Shown here: positions 13,705 to 27,789 of the stretch, one piece after another | Numbering within the stretch: position 1 is the stretch's first letter | Layout of the letters: every line of letters begins with the position of its first letter | Assembly: GCA_002633005.1 (NCBI GenBank) | Contig: NMRA01000197.1 | Span: forward strand, 512,587 to 576,586 | DNA: 64,000 nucleotides | Direction: 5' to 3' | Source of the DNA: Phoronis australis | Lineage: Eukaryota; Animalia; Phoronida | The notes under the pieces: generated by a model | Databases searched by the model: none | Told to the model about the DNA's origin: nothing | Seen by the model: only the letters and a program-made list of their open reading frames with translations | Translations under genes and position numbers: made by a program

Positions 13705-14717
13705 TGTGTGTCCTCTATGAGTTCCACTGGTTAACGGTCTTAGAAGTTTGCTTTCAACTCCTACACAATCGCTGGGCTAGAAATCGCTAATTACCTGAAA
13801 ATCCGCACACGTCCAGCCACAGAAACGTTGAATCTATAGCGTACAACGTAGTGTTGCTCGCATTAAGAAACTAGCAATTGGAGCAGTCTAGGAGGGCAGC
13901 ACAGATGGATACGTCAAGGCGTCAATGACTTTTAACTACAATCAGCTACAAGGATGCTAATTTGCTACTCGAGATACGGGTAAAATCACAGTCAAAAAGT
14001 ATACCGAAGAGCGCATTCGTGAAGCCGTCAGCTGCTCACGCGCAGATAAAATCATTAACATCAGAATACGCGATTATTCAATCGGATTAATCGCTTCAAT
14101 GACAAATTATACTTGAACCTCCGCTGTGATCGATGCACGTTTAATACGTTGTACATGAGTTCCAAATTAGTGACATCGGAAAAAAGACGTTCTCTCGCTG
14201 TTTCTCGCAAACAAATTGAGGTGGTCCCATGCCCTTGATGCATTCACAGTTCAACAGCAACAAACGAATTCATGTCCTCTCGGCAACTGGGTGTCTTTCT
14301 AATTGGACTATTTTTTTTTCATTTACCGGCTGTCCAGGGATAACTGGAAAAGTGATATCCAACGTTCGTGAATCAAGAAAGGGACTTTGAGATTAAAACA
14401 GACAACGATGGGAGAAACACGTGTGAGCGAGGAATGTCTGTGTTCCTAATGGCTCGGTCGTGGTCGATTTACGATGAATGCCTGTGCGACTGTTAAAAAC
14501 TCAGACGGTTATTTTAACACATTTGACATTTCTCAAAATACTCCCAGTTGTTTTTTCATGAAAGAGGTTCTACAAGCCCCTTAACCTCCCAGATTGCAAC
14601 AGGCGTCTTGGCCATCAAACTTGTGAAATGTGCTACCCGGTCCGATCTCCAAAGAATTACTCACGTTGTAGATATCTGCAAAAGTTCACAATATAATGTC
14701 AGACAATTAGCTTTCAA

Positions 14718-14833
14718 GTGATACCTACAACACCGCCTGAGTGATACCTACTACAGAACCTGAGTGATACCTACTGCAGCGCCTGAGTGATACCTACTGC
14801 AGCGCCTGAGTGATACCTACTGCAACGCCTGAG
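14718..14833. repeat. 23-bp tandem minisatellite, ~5 copies
   Basis: Unit gagtgatacctactgcagcgcct with minor variants. Confidence 0.9.
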
Positions 14834-15399
14834 CGAACACTATTTTCCTAGATCAGTGAAGTGGTGGCACGAACGGCACTGGACTAGTCGTTTACTCTCG
14901 TTCACTGGCATCGCTTTATCCGATACGTGTACGATCATTAAATTATACAAAATTTCATTAAACATAAATATTCCACCGCGCTTATTGATCACAGGGGTTT
15001 TGTGTAAATATTAGCACCATGGACCCTTCATAAAATCCACAGACATTTAGTCGATATCCGTACACGCGAACAAGTGCCGAGACTGGCCAATTATCGTGTT
15101 CTTGCGCGCGGAGACACCACAGTAATAATTGTTAGTCAGAGAAAGCTCAAATTATTCTTTACTTCATTTCTGGTTCGGTATAGATGATTAATAAGTCCCT
15201 AGGCGTCTATCGTATAACGAATGGTCGTAATTATGCCATTCAAATTGTAACATGCAATTAAAGACAAAGTGAAAAATGAAACGTAACATTAATTTTTCGT
15301 TCAATAATTTTGACTTCGACGATTATCCGCAAGACGGCAGGCTTGTCAATCCTGTTAGCTGACGTCACTACGGTGATTATAAAAGCTCACACAGGATAT

Positions 15400-15560
15400 A
15401 GTTACTAACTCTATCGATAAGTTTACTACTGCCTCTTTAGACTTACTAACTCTATCGATAGACTTATTAATCTTTATCGCTAAACAAACTTATTCGAGAA
15501 ACTAACTCTACCGATAGGGTGGGTTACTATCTCTACCCATAGACTTGGTTACTATCTCAT
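15400..15560. repeat. Degenerate ~20-bp tandem repeat containing TATCGATA
   Basis: Recurring (g/c)ttactaactctatcgata(g)-like units. Confidence 0.7.
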
Positions 15561-18357
15561 TGCTCAGTGACGTCACATTGACCTTCTTGTTGATGTTTAC
15601 AATTTGCTAAATTTCGGACTTCATTATTGTCATTTTTATTCGAATTAAAGAATTATCAAATTTATAAAAAACAGTCCCATTCTTCCGACATGTCGGGTCG
15701 GCTTGTGACGCACAATTAGCTAAAACTCAATCATGGAAATATGAAGGAGATGAGTATCATTTATTTTCAGGGTGTCGGCGGCCTTACAACACTTGAAAGT
15801 GAAATAGTTTTAAAAATCTTAACGTCAGTCATTTATTATATAGTTTCACTTATCGGTGTCATCTATTTACTAGACTAGTAAACAACGAATAGTATGCGCG
15901 TTAGTCATTAATGTTAGAGAAATGAAGACATCATCGTTGATTTTTAAGTTTATTTAATTATTTATATATTATTATCACCTGGATGAATCAGAATATAGTC
16001 TGACAATCAGTATGCGATACAATATCAGTGGACAAGGTACAGCAATGCCTTTCCAGACTCTTGAGCTTACAAGACACCACGGATTTGTTAATTAAGCGAT
16101 TATACAGAACATAACCTATGTTTACAGCAAACCAATGCCTCAACCAAAAATCTCGTCAAAGCTTCTGGATAATTCAAAAACAAATCCGATAAGGACGATT
16201 CACTCGGAAGCTCTGATTATAGCTTGTGCAGACAAACACAGCTGTACTTCGTCTTCAATGAAAGTTTGATTACACACTTTGCATAGTATTCCATTTAATG
16301 GAATTTCCAAGAACCTCCCTAATTCTACGTGTACTAGCATAGTCGCTGACAAGACCTCAATGTGCAAAGGGAAGATGGAGGAACTACAACGTTCTCAACT
16401 CAACTTTTTGATTTAATAGTCTTATATACACGTTTCAAAACATAAAGTTCAAAAAATGTTCAGCAGATACCATTTGTTTTTGGGGCATTTCAACCTCTCT
16501 GATAATATATTTTGGATAGATGAGCTCCAGTTAATTTTACAAAGATTATAATCATAAATCAATATACGTTTTGCAATTCGATTTTCGTTCATCACGATAA
16601 GACGATTCCACAAATGAAACATGTTTTCATGTTTTTTTTATAAACTGCTGCGTGCCACCCAATGTATCCGTACTAGACACCATTTGCAGCTTACTTATGC
16701 ACTCACAGAAACGACTAGAAACGTTCTAGAACGACCCACATTGTGAAAATTGCGCGTAAAACCACAATCCAGAACAATACACCATAGTCGATCTGACAGA
16801 GCAGTAAAAGCACTTGGCAAACCTACTAAAAACCCGCGTTTTCTAATGTCTTGCATTTACTGACTGGTATTTAATACGTCATCTGTTGCAGACTATGTTA
16901 ATATCTGAGCCGATAGGTAGCGTCTAAGCGTGAACCGCGGCCAATTTGTAGCCGCGGACACCTCGGAGATATTAAAATGTGCGGTCGCAGTTTTCAGTTG
17001 AGGTGCACGTGCATTGACAATAGGCTCAACGGAATCTGGTTTACTTGTGCTTGTGAACATATTGTGAACCAGAAAAGTCCACTAGTTCGTCTTAGTGTAG
17101 GTTTCATTTTCTTCATAATGGCAGGAATATGGTACGATGTAAGGTTGCCCTCAAACAACCCAGATTTGTAAAAAAATGATTGGAAACAGTTCTTTGGGAC
17201 CCCAATTGTAAAATCTATAATCAACTTGTTTTCAAAGTCACTGACTCGCGTAGAGCACTGGCTTCTTAGATTTCTTCAAACTTGATAAAGGTCACATTCC
17301 ATTTTTAGCATCATTTATACATGTATATAACGCAAACACAGTGATTGTAAACTGGCTTTGCGACTTCAAAAAATACTGAGCTTTCTGCATGTAGTAAACA
17401 ACACAAATTATGACATCATATAATCTTTCTCACACTGCCGATTTAACCCAAAACAGAACATTTCATTGGCGGTTGAATTTTTCGTGACCACTGTGAGTTA
17501 GACTCCTTCTGTTGTCCACTAAGCACTTAAGTATCGCTGAGAGACAAAGGTACTATTACCTGAACATCTCCCAGTTGAGTCACAAAATGCATTATGTGGT
17601 TTCTTTCAGCTGTCGATCAATTCGTAAAAAAATTTACGCTTCGCGGATTTAGCTGTAATTGTTATGTGCAGCAAATTTTACAGGAATGACGATTGTTGAA
17701 GGCCATTATTTTGCCTCAAATTTTGTATAATGGTGGCAGTTAGTGTCTTCACGTTTTAAATGTCAAGTAACTCCTGTTGTTTTGTCGTATTTAAACTTTG
17801 TTAACATTGAAATAACAAAAATAACAAAATTTTAAAACGAAATGTGCACGATTAACATCAAAGCGAAATAACAGCTCGTTTTTCTTTGATTCCATCAGTC
17901 AAGACGAAACATTTTTGGATCGTAGTTATCGCTATTTACCGCTAGTTACCGCTAGTTTTGATAGTAGAATGAGTCGGAGTCTACTCGAAATAAGGACGGG
18001 ACATGTGAAGTCACAGTACACCGCGGACAGTCAAGGAGATTCCGTCATCTTGTCACTCTGGGCCAAATATGCCGAGTTTGCACAAGTAGAAAGAAAAATG
18101 TTAAAAATAATCTCGAATTCCAGGTCTACTAAATACAATGCCGGTCAGCCTTGGTTTGATGGTTCGTCAAGGCCTGACGTAACAAGTGACAAAGCAAAAA
18201 CGTTTCTCACGCTAAATTATTAATCATTCTAACTGACAGATTATTAATCGCAGCAGGATTGATTAAGTACACAGAGCGTCAAGCGCCAGTCTTTTTTCGA
18301 ACATAGACCCCACCTCAAACCAGGGTTGCGTTTCGCAGACGCAAGAATCTCGCAAGT

Positions 18358-18601
18358 CATGCGCGCACCCAGGGGGGGGGGGGGCTCGGGGGGCGAAGTG
18401 GGCAAAAGGGTCCGCCTAAGAGAAACAAAAATCCGGGGAAACGGGACAAAAGTCCACTATAAAAGCGCAGACGCACAGTTCACTGTACTGAAGGTGGTAC
18501 CCCGTCTTTTTTATTTAGTCCTCCAGGTTTTTTGTTAGCAAAAGGTCCACTTTGTCAGAAATTCGACCCTCCCCCCCAACTAAAGGCTGGGTGCGCGCAT
18601 G
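18358..18601. mobile_element. MITE family B, 5-bp TSD CAAGT
   Basis: caagt|catgcgcgcacccag ... ctgggtgcgcgcatg|caagt. Confidence 0.9.
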
Positions 18602-18794
18602 CAAGTAAAACTAAAGGATCACATGCTTTGCTTGTAGTGCATGGCAACTTGCGCGAATGTATTGTGACTACGGACTGCGTACCAGGGTTTTGCTGCTATT
18701 GATTTTTTTAAACGAATGTTACCGTAGACCCTATTCACGCCGACAGGAGGCGCGTTCCAAAACGAGGCTCGCTACGATAGCTCTGGTGGCTTAT

Positions 18795-18935
18795 CCGCGT
18801 AGTTGTACTCCGCGTTGCTCGAACAGCTAGAAAAAATACGGACACTCTGTTTTACAATCCCTAAGGACGTTGGGATTCGGAAGCGTTGGGTCCTTGCCAT
18901 ACGCAGCGACGAAGGAAAATATGTCCGTGTAAAAT
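18795..18935 (+). pseudogene. Degenerate THAP-domain remnant (DNA transposon-derived)
   Basis: PRSCTPRCSNS* then (frameshift) FTIPKDVGIRKRWVLAIRSDEGKYVRV, resembling THAP C..C...FP.D...R.W...IRRD. Confidence 0.55.
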
Positions 18936-19130
18936 TTATAACTGTTTTCGAATCATAATTTGTCGCATCTGTTACTGGATGCCGCCATAGCAACGAGGAC
19001 CGGAGAATCTTCGGCCAGCCAGGCTGTGTTTTCATGACTATGGGTTGAAGCGCGATGCATTTTTCTTTACAAAAATGACAGGGCCCTCAATCCCTCAATT
19101 TTGGGGCCAAATATTGGCCCTATTCCCCTC

Positions 19131-20135
19131 TCAAANCCACTGGGCTGCTGACTGGGTATGTACCCAGTTGCGTATACTCATCCTGCAACATCCGTAAGAT
19201 ACCGGGATAGCAGATTCAGGCACAAAATGCAGAACGCTTGCTCCTATCTTTGCGAGTCTGTCTGCATTCTCATTGCCATCAATTCCCACATTGGGCCCTG
19301 ACCCAGCGTATATTGACGGTTCTTTCAATTGCAAGCTTGTTAAGCTCATTAATACAAGCATTAACACAACGAGAGTTGACCCTTAGTTTCTTTAGGGCTT
19401 TTATTGTTGCCTGGCTATCTGAAAAGATGGTAATTGGCCGATTGCAAAGTTCAGTGTTATATTGTTGTGCCAGTTGAGCAGCTCTATTAATTGCAGTGAT
19501 CTCAGCCTGAAACACCGTGGCAAGATTGCCCAACGATACCCAGTTTTCTGCATCTGCAACAGGAAGACCCCAGCACCTGTCTGGCCATTTTCCAGTTTAG
19601 AGCCGTCCGTATAACAAACCACCTCATTCTTGTGTTCTGCGGTAGGCCATCCATCGCCAATTTCCGTGAAGAAATTGTTTGTATGATTTAAAGTTGTGAC
19701 CTGGACATCACTAGGCATGTTCCATAGTTGTCCAGTCTTGGCCATTAGCTTATTACAAACATTCCTGTGGCTTCTGTGTGCAACGGAGTCAGGGATGTTA
19801 GTTTTCACCCACTGACCATTATATTTGAGACGAAGTGCAGCAGATGCAGCTTCACCCTCAAGGTATATGTTCAGTGGTGGTAGACCGATTAGCATTTCTA
19901 GGGTTGCAGAAGGCGTTCCTGGAAAAGCAGAGGTTATGCACAAACAAGCTAGACGTTGCAGCTGTCTAAGTTTGTTGATAATTGTAATCTGTTTTAATGC
20001 CGTTACCCATATCGACGAAGCATAGGACATTATAGGTCGGATAACAGCAGTATAAATCCAGAACATATTCTTGGGAGACATTCCCCAAGTTCATTTTTTT
20101 AGTCCAACGACAGATTTCCTGAGCAGAAGTTATAC
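19131..20135 (-). mobile_element. Truncated non-LTR retrotransposon: post-RT region plus RNase H (Loa/Lian/I-group-like), frameshifted
   Basis: WGMSPK..WIYTAVIRPIMSYASSIW, LQRLACLCITSAFPGTPS, VCYTDGSK..G.TGAGV, TVFQAEITAI, IFSDSQATIKAL, IRWV, GIDGNENADRLAKIGA spread over three frames. Confidence 0.9.
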
Positions 20136-20460
20136 AGCCTCGGCGCCCGCAACTTCCGGACCGCCTGCGTGCATACAATCGCGCTTCATTGCCCGCTTCT
20201 CCGAGGATGTCGGGCTCCCCCCTCACTAGGCCTATATAATGGTATCCTAGATCAGCCACTGAAAATGCTACTTGAGACAGAGCTATGAGAGCTTGCAAAA
20301 GGGCGGGGTGATATTGATGGTGATCGGGAGGTCAGTAGAGTTTTCACTGACCCGTCACTCGGCGAAACGATCCCCTCTCAGAAGGCCGCACACACATGAG
20401 GCACCTTTTCCCTCGGATATGAACGAGGCCTCTGAAGAAACATGAGAACTATGCTTGTTC

Positions 20461-20614
20461 CAGGGGGATCCAGGAGGGGGGGGACAAGGCAGAATATTAG
20501 CCAGGATTTTGCCCGTAAGAAATTCGCGCTCCTGAACTGCCAAATGGAATCTGGGAGAATTTTAGGGGGGGGGCTGGGGCATAGCCCCTTGGCTCCCCTC
20601 TAAATCCGCCACTG
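20461..20614. mobile_element. MITE family A (inverted relative to 1605 copy)
   Basis: cagggggatccagg ... ctaaatccgccactg; flanks tgttc / cgttc (4/5). Confidence 0.7.
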
Positions 20615-21530
20615 CGTTCTGTCCAGTTAATTGAAATTGAGTTCTAAAACGAGGTTATGCTTTGGACGAAAGAATTAGGTGTTTTAATTTTAAAATTCAA
20701 CTTGGTCGAGATTGATATTTGAAAAATATAACACATGAAATAGACGTAATTATTAAAACCAAGAAAGCAGAATTGATGGTCATATAATTTTTATTTTCAA
20801 TTGCGAGCCTAGTTTTTTATCGTAATCAAAATATATATTTAATAACATCAAGTATTATTTCAGATCAATGACAAATCAACTGTTAGTCCCGGTAGTGCCT
20901 ACCTCACCAGGACCTAGGCTATGCTTGAAGCTAATATGCCTACTCTTGATCAACAAATTAAACCAGATGAGACTTATTGCACATGACAGCAAAATGCTAT
21001 GAGCCACCATTGTCGAATATATCTTCAACTCGTCAACAATACGACCAGATGACCTGGTTCGTGTAGAAAGCATTTTTATCAAGAATTTATAAGAAGAAAC
21101 GTAACCCTGCATTCAGCATGATACCTAATCCGTAACACTACGATCGCCGCAATTTGGTCATGTTTACTTTTCATGTTTCGAAACTAGTTTTCCGGAAAAA
21201 ACCTATATCCTTTCGTCAGAAAACTCTTTGGTGCATTGACTTGTTCTTTAACTGTATTTTTCTGCGTCTCTGTGGTTAATTATTGACACATTTTTTAAGA
21301 TTTGTTATTCAGGTTGGACTCCAAAGACCGCCCATTTAACTCACGCAATGTAAATTTCCGCTTTGCTTATCGCAGTGAGCCTCGCTTTGGATTTTAATGT
21401 CCGCCGCGTGAATAGAGTCTATGTATACTGATCCAACCCTGATTTGTTGCCGAACGAGTCAGCAACTCAAGTCACAGGCAATGCGTACATGCACGAATTC
21501 GCAATTTTAGGGTTGTTCAACCCCATAAAA

Positions 21531-21805
21531 CATGGGCGCATCCGGGGGGGGGGGGGCTCGGGGGGCTCANTCAAACGAGCCTCCAATTTGGAGAATTGGG
21601 CAAAAAGGTCCGCCTCAGTGAAGCAAAAAGTCCGAGTAAACGCGACATAAGTCCACAAAATCCACGGGAAGTCGTCGCGGATGCACGGTTCGTGGGCCTG
21701 AACCTAGTGGCCCCGTTTTTTTAGTCCTCGCTGATTTCTTTTAGTAAAAGGTTCTCATATCGAAAAGTTGGAGCCCCCCTATATTTTAGGGTGGGTGCGC
21801 GCATG
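21531..21805. mobile_element. MITE family B, 5-bp TSD TAAAA
   Basis: taaaa|catgggcgcatccg ... gggtgcgcgcatg|taaaa. Confidence 0.85.
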
Positions 21806-24800
21806 TAAAACTCTAGAGCACTTTATTGAGTCGTCCATGGTTTAGATGCTCTTGATGGCAACAGAAATGTATTCTTACTGCAGCAAGAAATATTATGAGA
21901 TCAGTTTATATCAGTAATTAAAATACCTAATTCGTTCGGTTTTAGTCAGCTAAATTGGGCGAAATGGAGTGTTAGTGACTCAATTCATTTTTCATTTTTG
22001 TCAGCTAAATGCAGTTTTAGCTGTGGCGGTTTATTAAAAAAATATCAAAATTACACTGAGCGCAGCTTCGGAAATGTGACAATTACTTTGTGACATCCAG
22101 TTGCACGCGAATGCGTGAGTCGATTATTTTTATTTGATTTTGCGACGAGGCACAAAAATCGAGACGAAAATAAGATAAATTAATACTTTTTGCATTTTGC
22201 AATCAAGCCTTTTATTCTTGTAAAATTGGTATTTTAATATCCCTTACCTTGGCAGAGTTCTATTTGTGTTACCAACCAGAACATCGAAATCTAAAGTGAC
22301 TCAAGGAAACGCTTTAGAGTTCTTTGGGTTTGGCCATCTCTAAAATTAGCTCATGTAGGCCTACACATTACTATGACGTGGCGCAAAGAATATCGTTAAA
22401 TGAGCGCGAAACTGATAGTGACGTGAACAAGAGCCAGTGACGAGTATCTCAGCTTCATCCAATTAGCGACATCTTTTGGTTTTGTTGTACGAAAGCCATA
22501 ACGGAAACGCCCGTGTTCGAACCAATGATGTCAATAATAATTTGTCTACAATATTTCGCCGAAGATTAGTAAGACTGCGACTTGGAATGAAGCGTGGTAC
22601 CATGTGCTTTAGGAGTGACAGAAGGGTCGTTGTAGTGAATCCATTACAAAATGATTCCAAAGTAAAGCAATATTTTCAGGCCTCACGCAGCGAACTATTG
22701 AACACAACTGTGTACCTTAGCTCTTGTTTGTCTTACTTATTCATGGATATTATTATGTTTGTCTTATTGCTGTTATACATGTATATTTGGCCTTTTTGAA
22801 GGATTTTAGTTTTTATTAATCTATTTTAATTTAATTGATTTATTTGTGGTATTTTGTCAAAACGCACTATTCGACCTTATGTTATACAGTTTTAAAAATC
22901 GACGAGAAAATGAAATTAAAGAGAAATAAACAAACGCATTAAACCTCATAATAATCTAATTTACAATGCTTTTATGAAGCTTTTCGGACCACAAGGCTTC
23001 CGATCGCTATTTTTTCATAACTACCCAAGTTGCATAACATTGCATACAATCGCAGTACATACAAGGTGACCCCAAAAAATTGAAACCAGAACACTGCGTG
23101 AAAAGCTAAATATTGAGGTTTATCCAGTACGAGGTATTTTAATTGACCCTAGCCTCGTTCCTGGATGTTAGGAGGACCCAGGCAGTTTAGCGTAGTTTAA
23201 AATAGCCAGTTTCGGGCACCATTTGCTTCCTTATTTGAAAATTCACGGGCAATGTTACTGAATTGACTAACCGGACGTGGACGTACGGATCGGGCGAAAA
23301 AGTAAGATCTCGCATGTCTTCGCGAGATATCGGCTAACAAGCAAAATACGTGATCGCGCTAGCAGGTCCTCTGCTTGTCTGTCTGCAGAGGGCAGATTTC
23401 ACAACAGTTGTCCCAAAGACCACATAAGGTGTAAGTAAGTTGCCGCCTTATTTCAGAAAATCATTTATAAAATAACAAAATTCTGTCGTAGAATCCAGTT
23501 TCTTGACAGTTCATTGTTGAAAATTCAAATTTGATAATTAATGCTTCAAGAATTTTTAATCCAAATACATCACGTTAACAGAAACGAATGCACGTGTTAT
23601 CCACTAATTCGACTCGCGGTACTTTATTTTTGTGGATAATTTGGACCGATCTTCATAGATTCGTTCTTGATCCCTATTTTTATTGCGTATTGGTGGACTA
23701 ACACTGATTGTCCTTTCTTATGTTGTTTTAGTTTGATTACCAAGTCGATTTTTTTGCTTTAAAGTGAATTCTACGTTGAATTCTCAATATTATTAACATA
23801 AGTAGGAATCTTTGCGAGCAACGCCCCCTAATTATTTTCATGGAACTAAGGGCTCAGATTTTAGTTATATTACTAGAAATGTAATCAGTTAGAAAGAAGT
23901 CATAATAAAGATAAAATGATAGTAAATGATTACAATTGTGAGTAAAGAACGACGCAAACATGCTGAAGGTTCGGGGAGCTTAGTTAAGTCCCTATTTGGG
24001 ACTGTTTCATGCAACCGGGCATTGCTTTCACTGACTTAGACAAATCACGTGCGGGCCTTAGCTATTATTTATGGCAACACAGAACTCTGGCTGGAGTGCT
24101 ATGATAACAACGACTTTGTTTTCATATTCTATCAGTTAATTAATGCTATGCGGATATTGGGGTCGACTGTCATGACATTGTTACTGATATTTCGTTTCAT
24201 TGGGCAAGCTATGGGCTGAAACAAGGCTGTAATTTTCCTCACACTTTAGGTGGTCTATCATGACCGTAGCGTGTAAATATATTCGAGTGTAACACATCTT
24301 CATGCAGCGGGGGCCGCCATCTTGAAGAAGAATGCAGCTACTGCTGAGCAAGAGGTCTTTTCTCATTCCCACCATGTTCGCAAATACAAACAAACCACAT
24401 TCACTGAGTCTACATGCAACACCTAACTAAAAACTGCCCCCAAGCCTGGCATACCCCTAAATTTTAATATTTTAGCTGTGGCCTCAACCTAACTGTTCAC
24501 TGAGAGTGCCACCTATCTGTCTCCTGGATCACTATATAATTTGTCACCAGAGGAGCTTTTGGTTGTAGAGTACTGTCTCATTTTCTACCACCAGGTGATG
24601 TGCAGTCTAACTGACTGAATACAAGTCAGTTGATATCTACGTGGTCGGTTGACATTCATGTGTTGGTTGTCAACCAAGTAAGACGTACAACTAATTAGTT
24701 GGTTGACATCATGTAAGATCCTGACATAACTCTCGAGAGTTGCAGTTATAAAATCAAGCCTTATTTCATTGCTTCATTTCAATTTCGTAATTATTGTTCA

Positions 24801-25281
24801 TCAAGAGAGACTCTTGAGGTACGGTTCCAGACAATCAGCCATTTATCGGCAAAATTAGTCAGCAAACACGGCACGTACACTGGTCATTCGTTATAAGCAC
24901 CGACCTGTGGTCCTGGATGGATGCCGGGAGTAGTTTAGTATCTGATATCTTTTCAGCTCTAGTCGTAGAGTCAATTTCGACAACCAATCATAATACATGC
25001 CAGGAGCTTTTTAGCAAAACATTTTTGGATGTTAAAATCATGTTACAGTGTTTTACGAAAGGAAGCTGCATTTGGCTTAAGTGAAAAGTTAAGGCCCTAA
25101 ACACAAGTGTTTACGTAACTTTCCAAAGATACTCACATTGCTTATACATAAGCGCGCGCGCGGGTGTGTGTGTATGTGTGTGTGTGTGCGTGTTAATACT
25201 GTTTTCAATGGGGCTATTCGGAAAATCTTCAATAACTAGAGGGCGTGCGTGTACTAGTGGTGATAGATTAACAGCCTCGAT

Positions 25282-25377
25282 NNNNNNNNNNNNNNNNNNN
25301 NNNNNNNNNNNNNNNNNNNNNNNNNNNNNNNNNNNNNNNNNNNNNNNNNNNNNNNNNNNNNNNNNNNNNNNNNNNNN
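25282..25377. other. Assembly gap (N run)
   Basis: Run of n. Confidence 1.
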
Positions 25378-25539
25378 CTTCGCCGAATGGGGGGGGGGGC
25401 TCATTCGAGCCCCCCTAGCCCCCCCCTGGGTACGCGCATGCTGTAATAAATAATGCGATTAAATTTCATTTATATTGTATTATCAAAACGGAACCACAGT
25501 GTGAACATCCCTGTACTTACTGAAGGGAAGTACTTGCTC

Positions 25540-25745
25540 GTTGCTCAATGCCCAAGCTTTATAGGGAAACAGGGTGGTAAGCAGGCCTAACCCGAAAAAG
25601 GATGAGAGAACTTGTGGAATATGTAATGCTGGTAAAACAAACGAGATTCACTTTATGTCTCACTGCCCTGTCCTAATTGATGATGAGCGAAGAAATTTGT
25701 TGACAAACATGACAGATGATCCCAGAGTGGTTCGATTATTTCGAA
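25540..25745 (+). mobile_element. LINE ORF2 C-terminal remnant (CCHC-like motif)
   Basis: DERTCGICNAGKTNEIHFMSHCPVLIDDERR resembles the ER.C..C...E.HF...CP..R motif at the ORF2 end of CR1/L2/RTE-X-type LINEs. Confidence 0.55.
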
Positions 25746-25869
25746 GCCATTGGGGCTATTCGGAAAATCTACAATAACTAGAGGGCGTGCGTGTACTAGT
25801 GGTGATAGATTACCAGCCTCGATTTCGCGAGCCTTTTAAATACATGGTGAAATGGCTTGCAGCCGTGCC

Positions 25870-25936
25870 TACTGAATCTGAGATTGCGTAAAAAGGGTGC
25901 TTTTATGAGAGGAAGTAAGCACGACCTCATACAAAG
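25870..25936 (+). pseudogene. SAP-domain-like first exon of the element's YqaJ gene
   Basis: LRKKGAFMRGSKHDLIQ followed by donor AG|GTAAG; resembles SAP consensus LR.RG....G.K.DLI.R. Confidence 0.5.
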
Positions 25937-27033
25937 GTAAGGTTTGTGATTATTTTTACGATTATCCCATGATTATTCTACCGATGCCTGTTCAACTGAG
26001 GCACTCGCCGATATCGACTTCGCGGCAGTCAGTCGCCAGCCAGAGTCTGGTTAATCTTTATATATTGTGATATGTGATACGATACTTGACGTAGCAATCG
26101 GGATCTTTTCGTACATCAAAGCATTATTATTGTTGTTTGGAATGATTTCTAAAAGTTTATCAGTGATAGTTACATCAATCAGTGCTGAATGTTTATGCTG
26201 TTAACTCGATACAGGTTAATGAGTTAAGATTACAATCCAATCCCAATGGTAAAGGGTACGTGAGTGATAAATATCCATTGCATTAGACTATTTGTTTACT
26301 CCCTATCATATGTCTTCTGGCAATCTGTTACACGTTGAAATGGAAATCTATCACGTCAGTTTTCACGTAACCTTTGGTTTTTAGGTTTGAAGGCTTGTAC
26401 CGTGCAGAGGAGATATGCTGTTTTGTTACTTGTATCAATTGTAAAACCAGATATATATTACATTTTCCGAATTCACAGTGACTGAATAGTCTTAACTCAT
26501 GCCTTGAAATGTTGCAAGTCGTTATAAATTCAAATGACTGCCATTTTTGTGAAAATTGCATTTTTGATGGTGCCTTACGATTTGTAATTATTCTTAAACA
26601 ACAGAAAGATTATCCATCATTTTTAAATGACCCAAGTCTTCATATCTTCTATTAGAAGAAAAACGGTTCCCTCAACCTTAGGCTAGAAGTATGCTTGACA
26701 GACCCATGAACCTGTAATCTGAGTTTAAAATTGCTGAAAGTATCAAAATTAAAAAATCTTGAAAATGGGTAACAAAGGTTTGAAGTTGTCTCAAAAAACT
26801 TGTATATTTTACAGACAAGTGATGCGTTTAAAGAATTGTTATGGCTAGGGATAAAAAATAAAGACACAGTTTTATGCAATACTCATTATATACACCCTTG
26901 GTTTCTGAAAATAGTAAATATTTACTTTTATGTGAAACTGTAGACCAATCACCATATATTTTTGAAAAACAGGGATAACATTTTTGATCCAATCTGGAGT
27001 ACTTAATTATTCATATTTCAATATTTGTTCCAG

Positions 27034-27556
27034 ATGCAGTGACATTTTAAGACCACTTCAAGCAGTATCATAGCAAAGCTTTGTTACTCCGTTCTCTTCC
27101 CACAGCACTTCCACACACCAGCAGTGCTGCATGGCACAATGTGCTAGTCAGTGGCCCTGGAGAAATGTGAATCGCAGTACTAAGTTACCATAAGACAATG
27201 TGCCAGTGGAGTGTCTGTGTATCCAGATGAACTATATCTGACTGCTACACAAATAAGCCTTGTTGGCGAGGATGCCCTTTCATAGGCAATGAGTCATGTG
27301 TGGACAATAGTTTATTTCCTTTCCTGGAAGAAACATGAGGGACTGAAGCTAAAGAAGACCTAGTCACACTCTGGTCTAGTTCAGAGTCTGATTTTGGGCT
27401 CAAAACGATTCAAGTGATATGCTGCTGTGTTTACCTTCAAGGGTCTAATTGTGGATGTTATTGAGGCTGAATGAGGTTACATGAAAGAAAGCCACGTGTT
27501 GAAACTGGACCTTTTTTACAAGCGCTTCTATAGGCCATTGAAACTAGAACCCAGTG
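27034..27556 (+). pseudogene. YqaJ/lambda-exonuclease-like domain pseudo-exon
   Basis: After acceptor ttccag: FHTPAVLHGTMC*SVALEKCE...GVSVYPDELYLTAT..LVGED, then LKLKKT*SHSGLVQS...VFTFKGL...KLDLFYKRFYRP; multiple stops and frameshifts. Confidence 0.7.
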
Positions 27557-27789
27557 AAATGAAAGCCAAAAGCTGAGTGACATTAAATTTTCCTTTCAGA
27601 AGAAAGGCTTTATACTATTGGTAAAAACTTTTCAATTTGGTACAGATTATGGGGAAATGACATTCAGTGACTGCATCGATTGTCTTATTGTATGTTTTCA
27701 ATTGTAGCTAGCTGCTATGCACAAGATTCGAGAATAAACAATTATCAGTGTATTTAAAAACAAATGGCAAACTGAAAAAGCACAGAAAG

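Noticed and set aside
14718-14833. Possible mini CRISPR or iteron array
   Set aside because: Head-to-tail 23-bp minisatellite; variation is point substitution, not spacers
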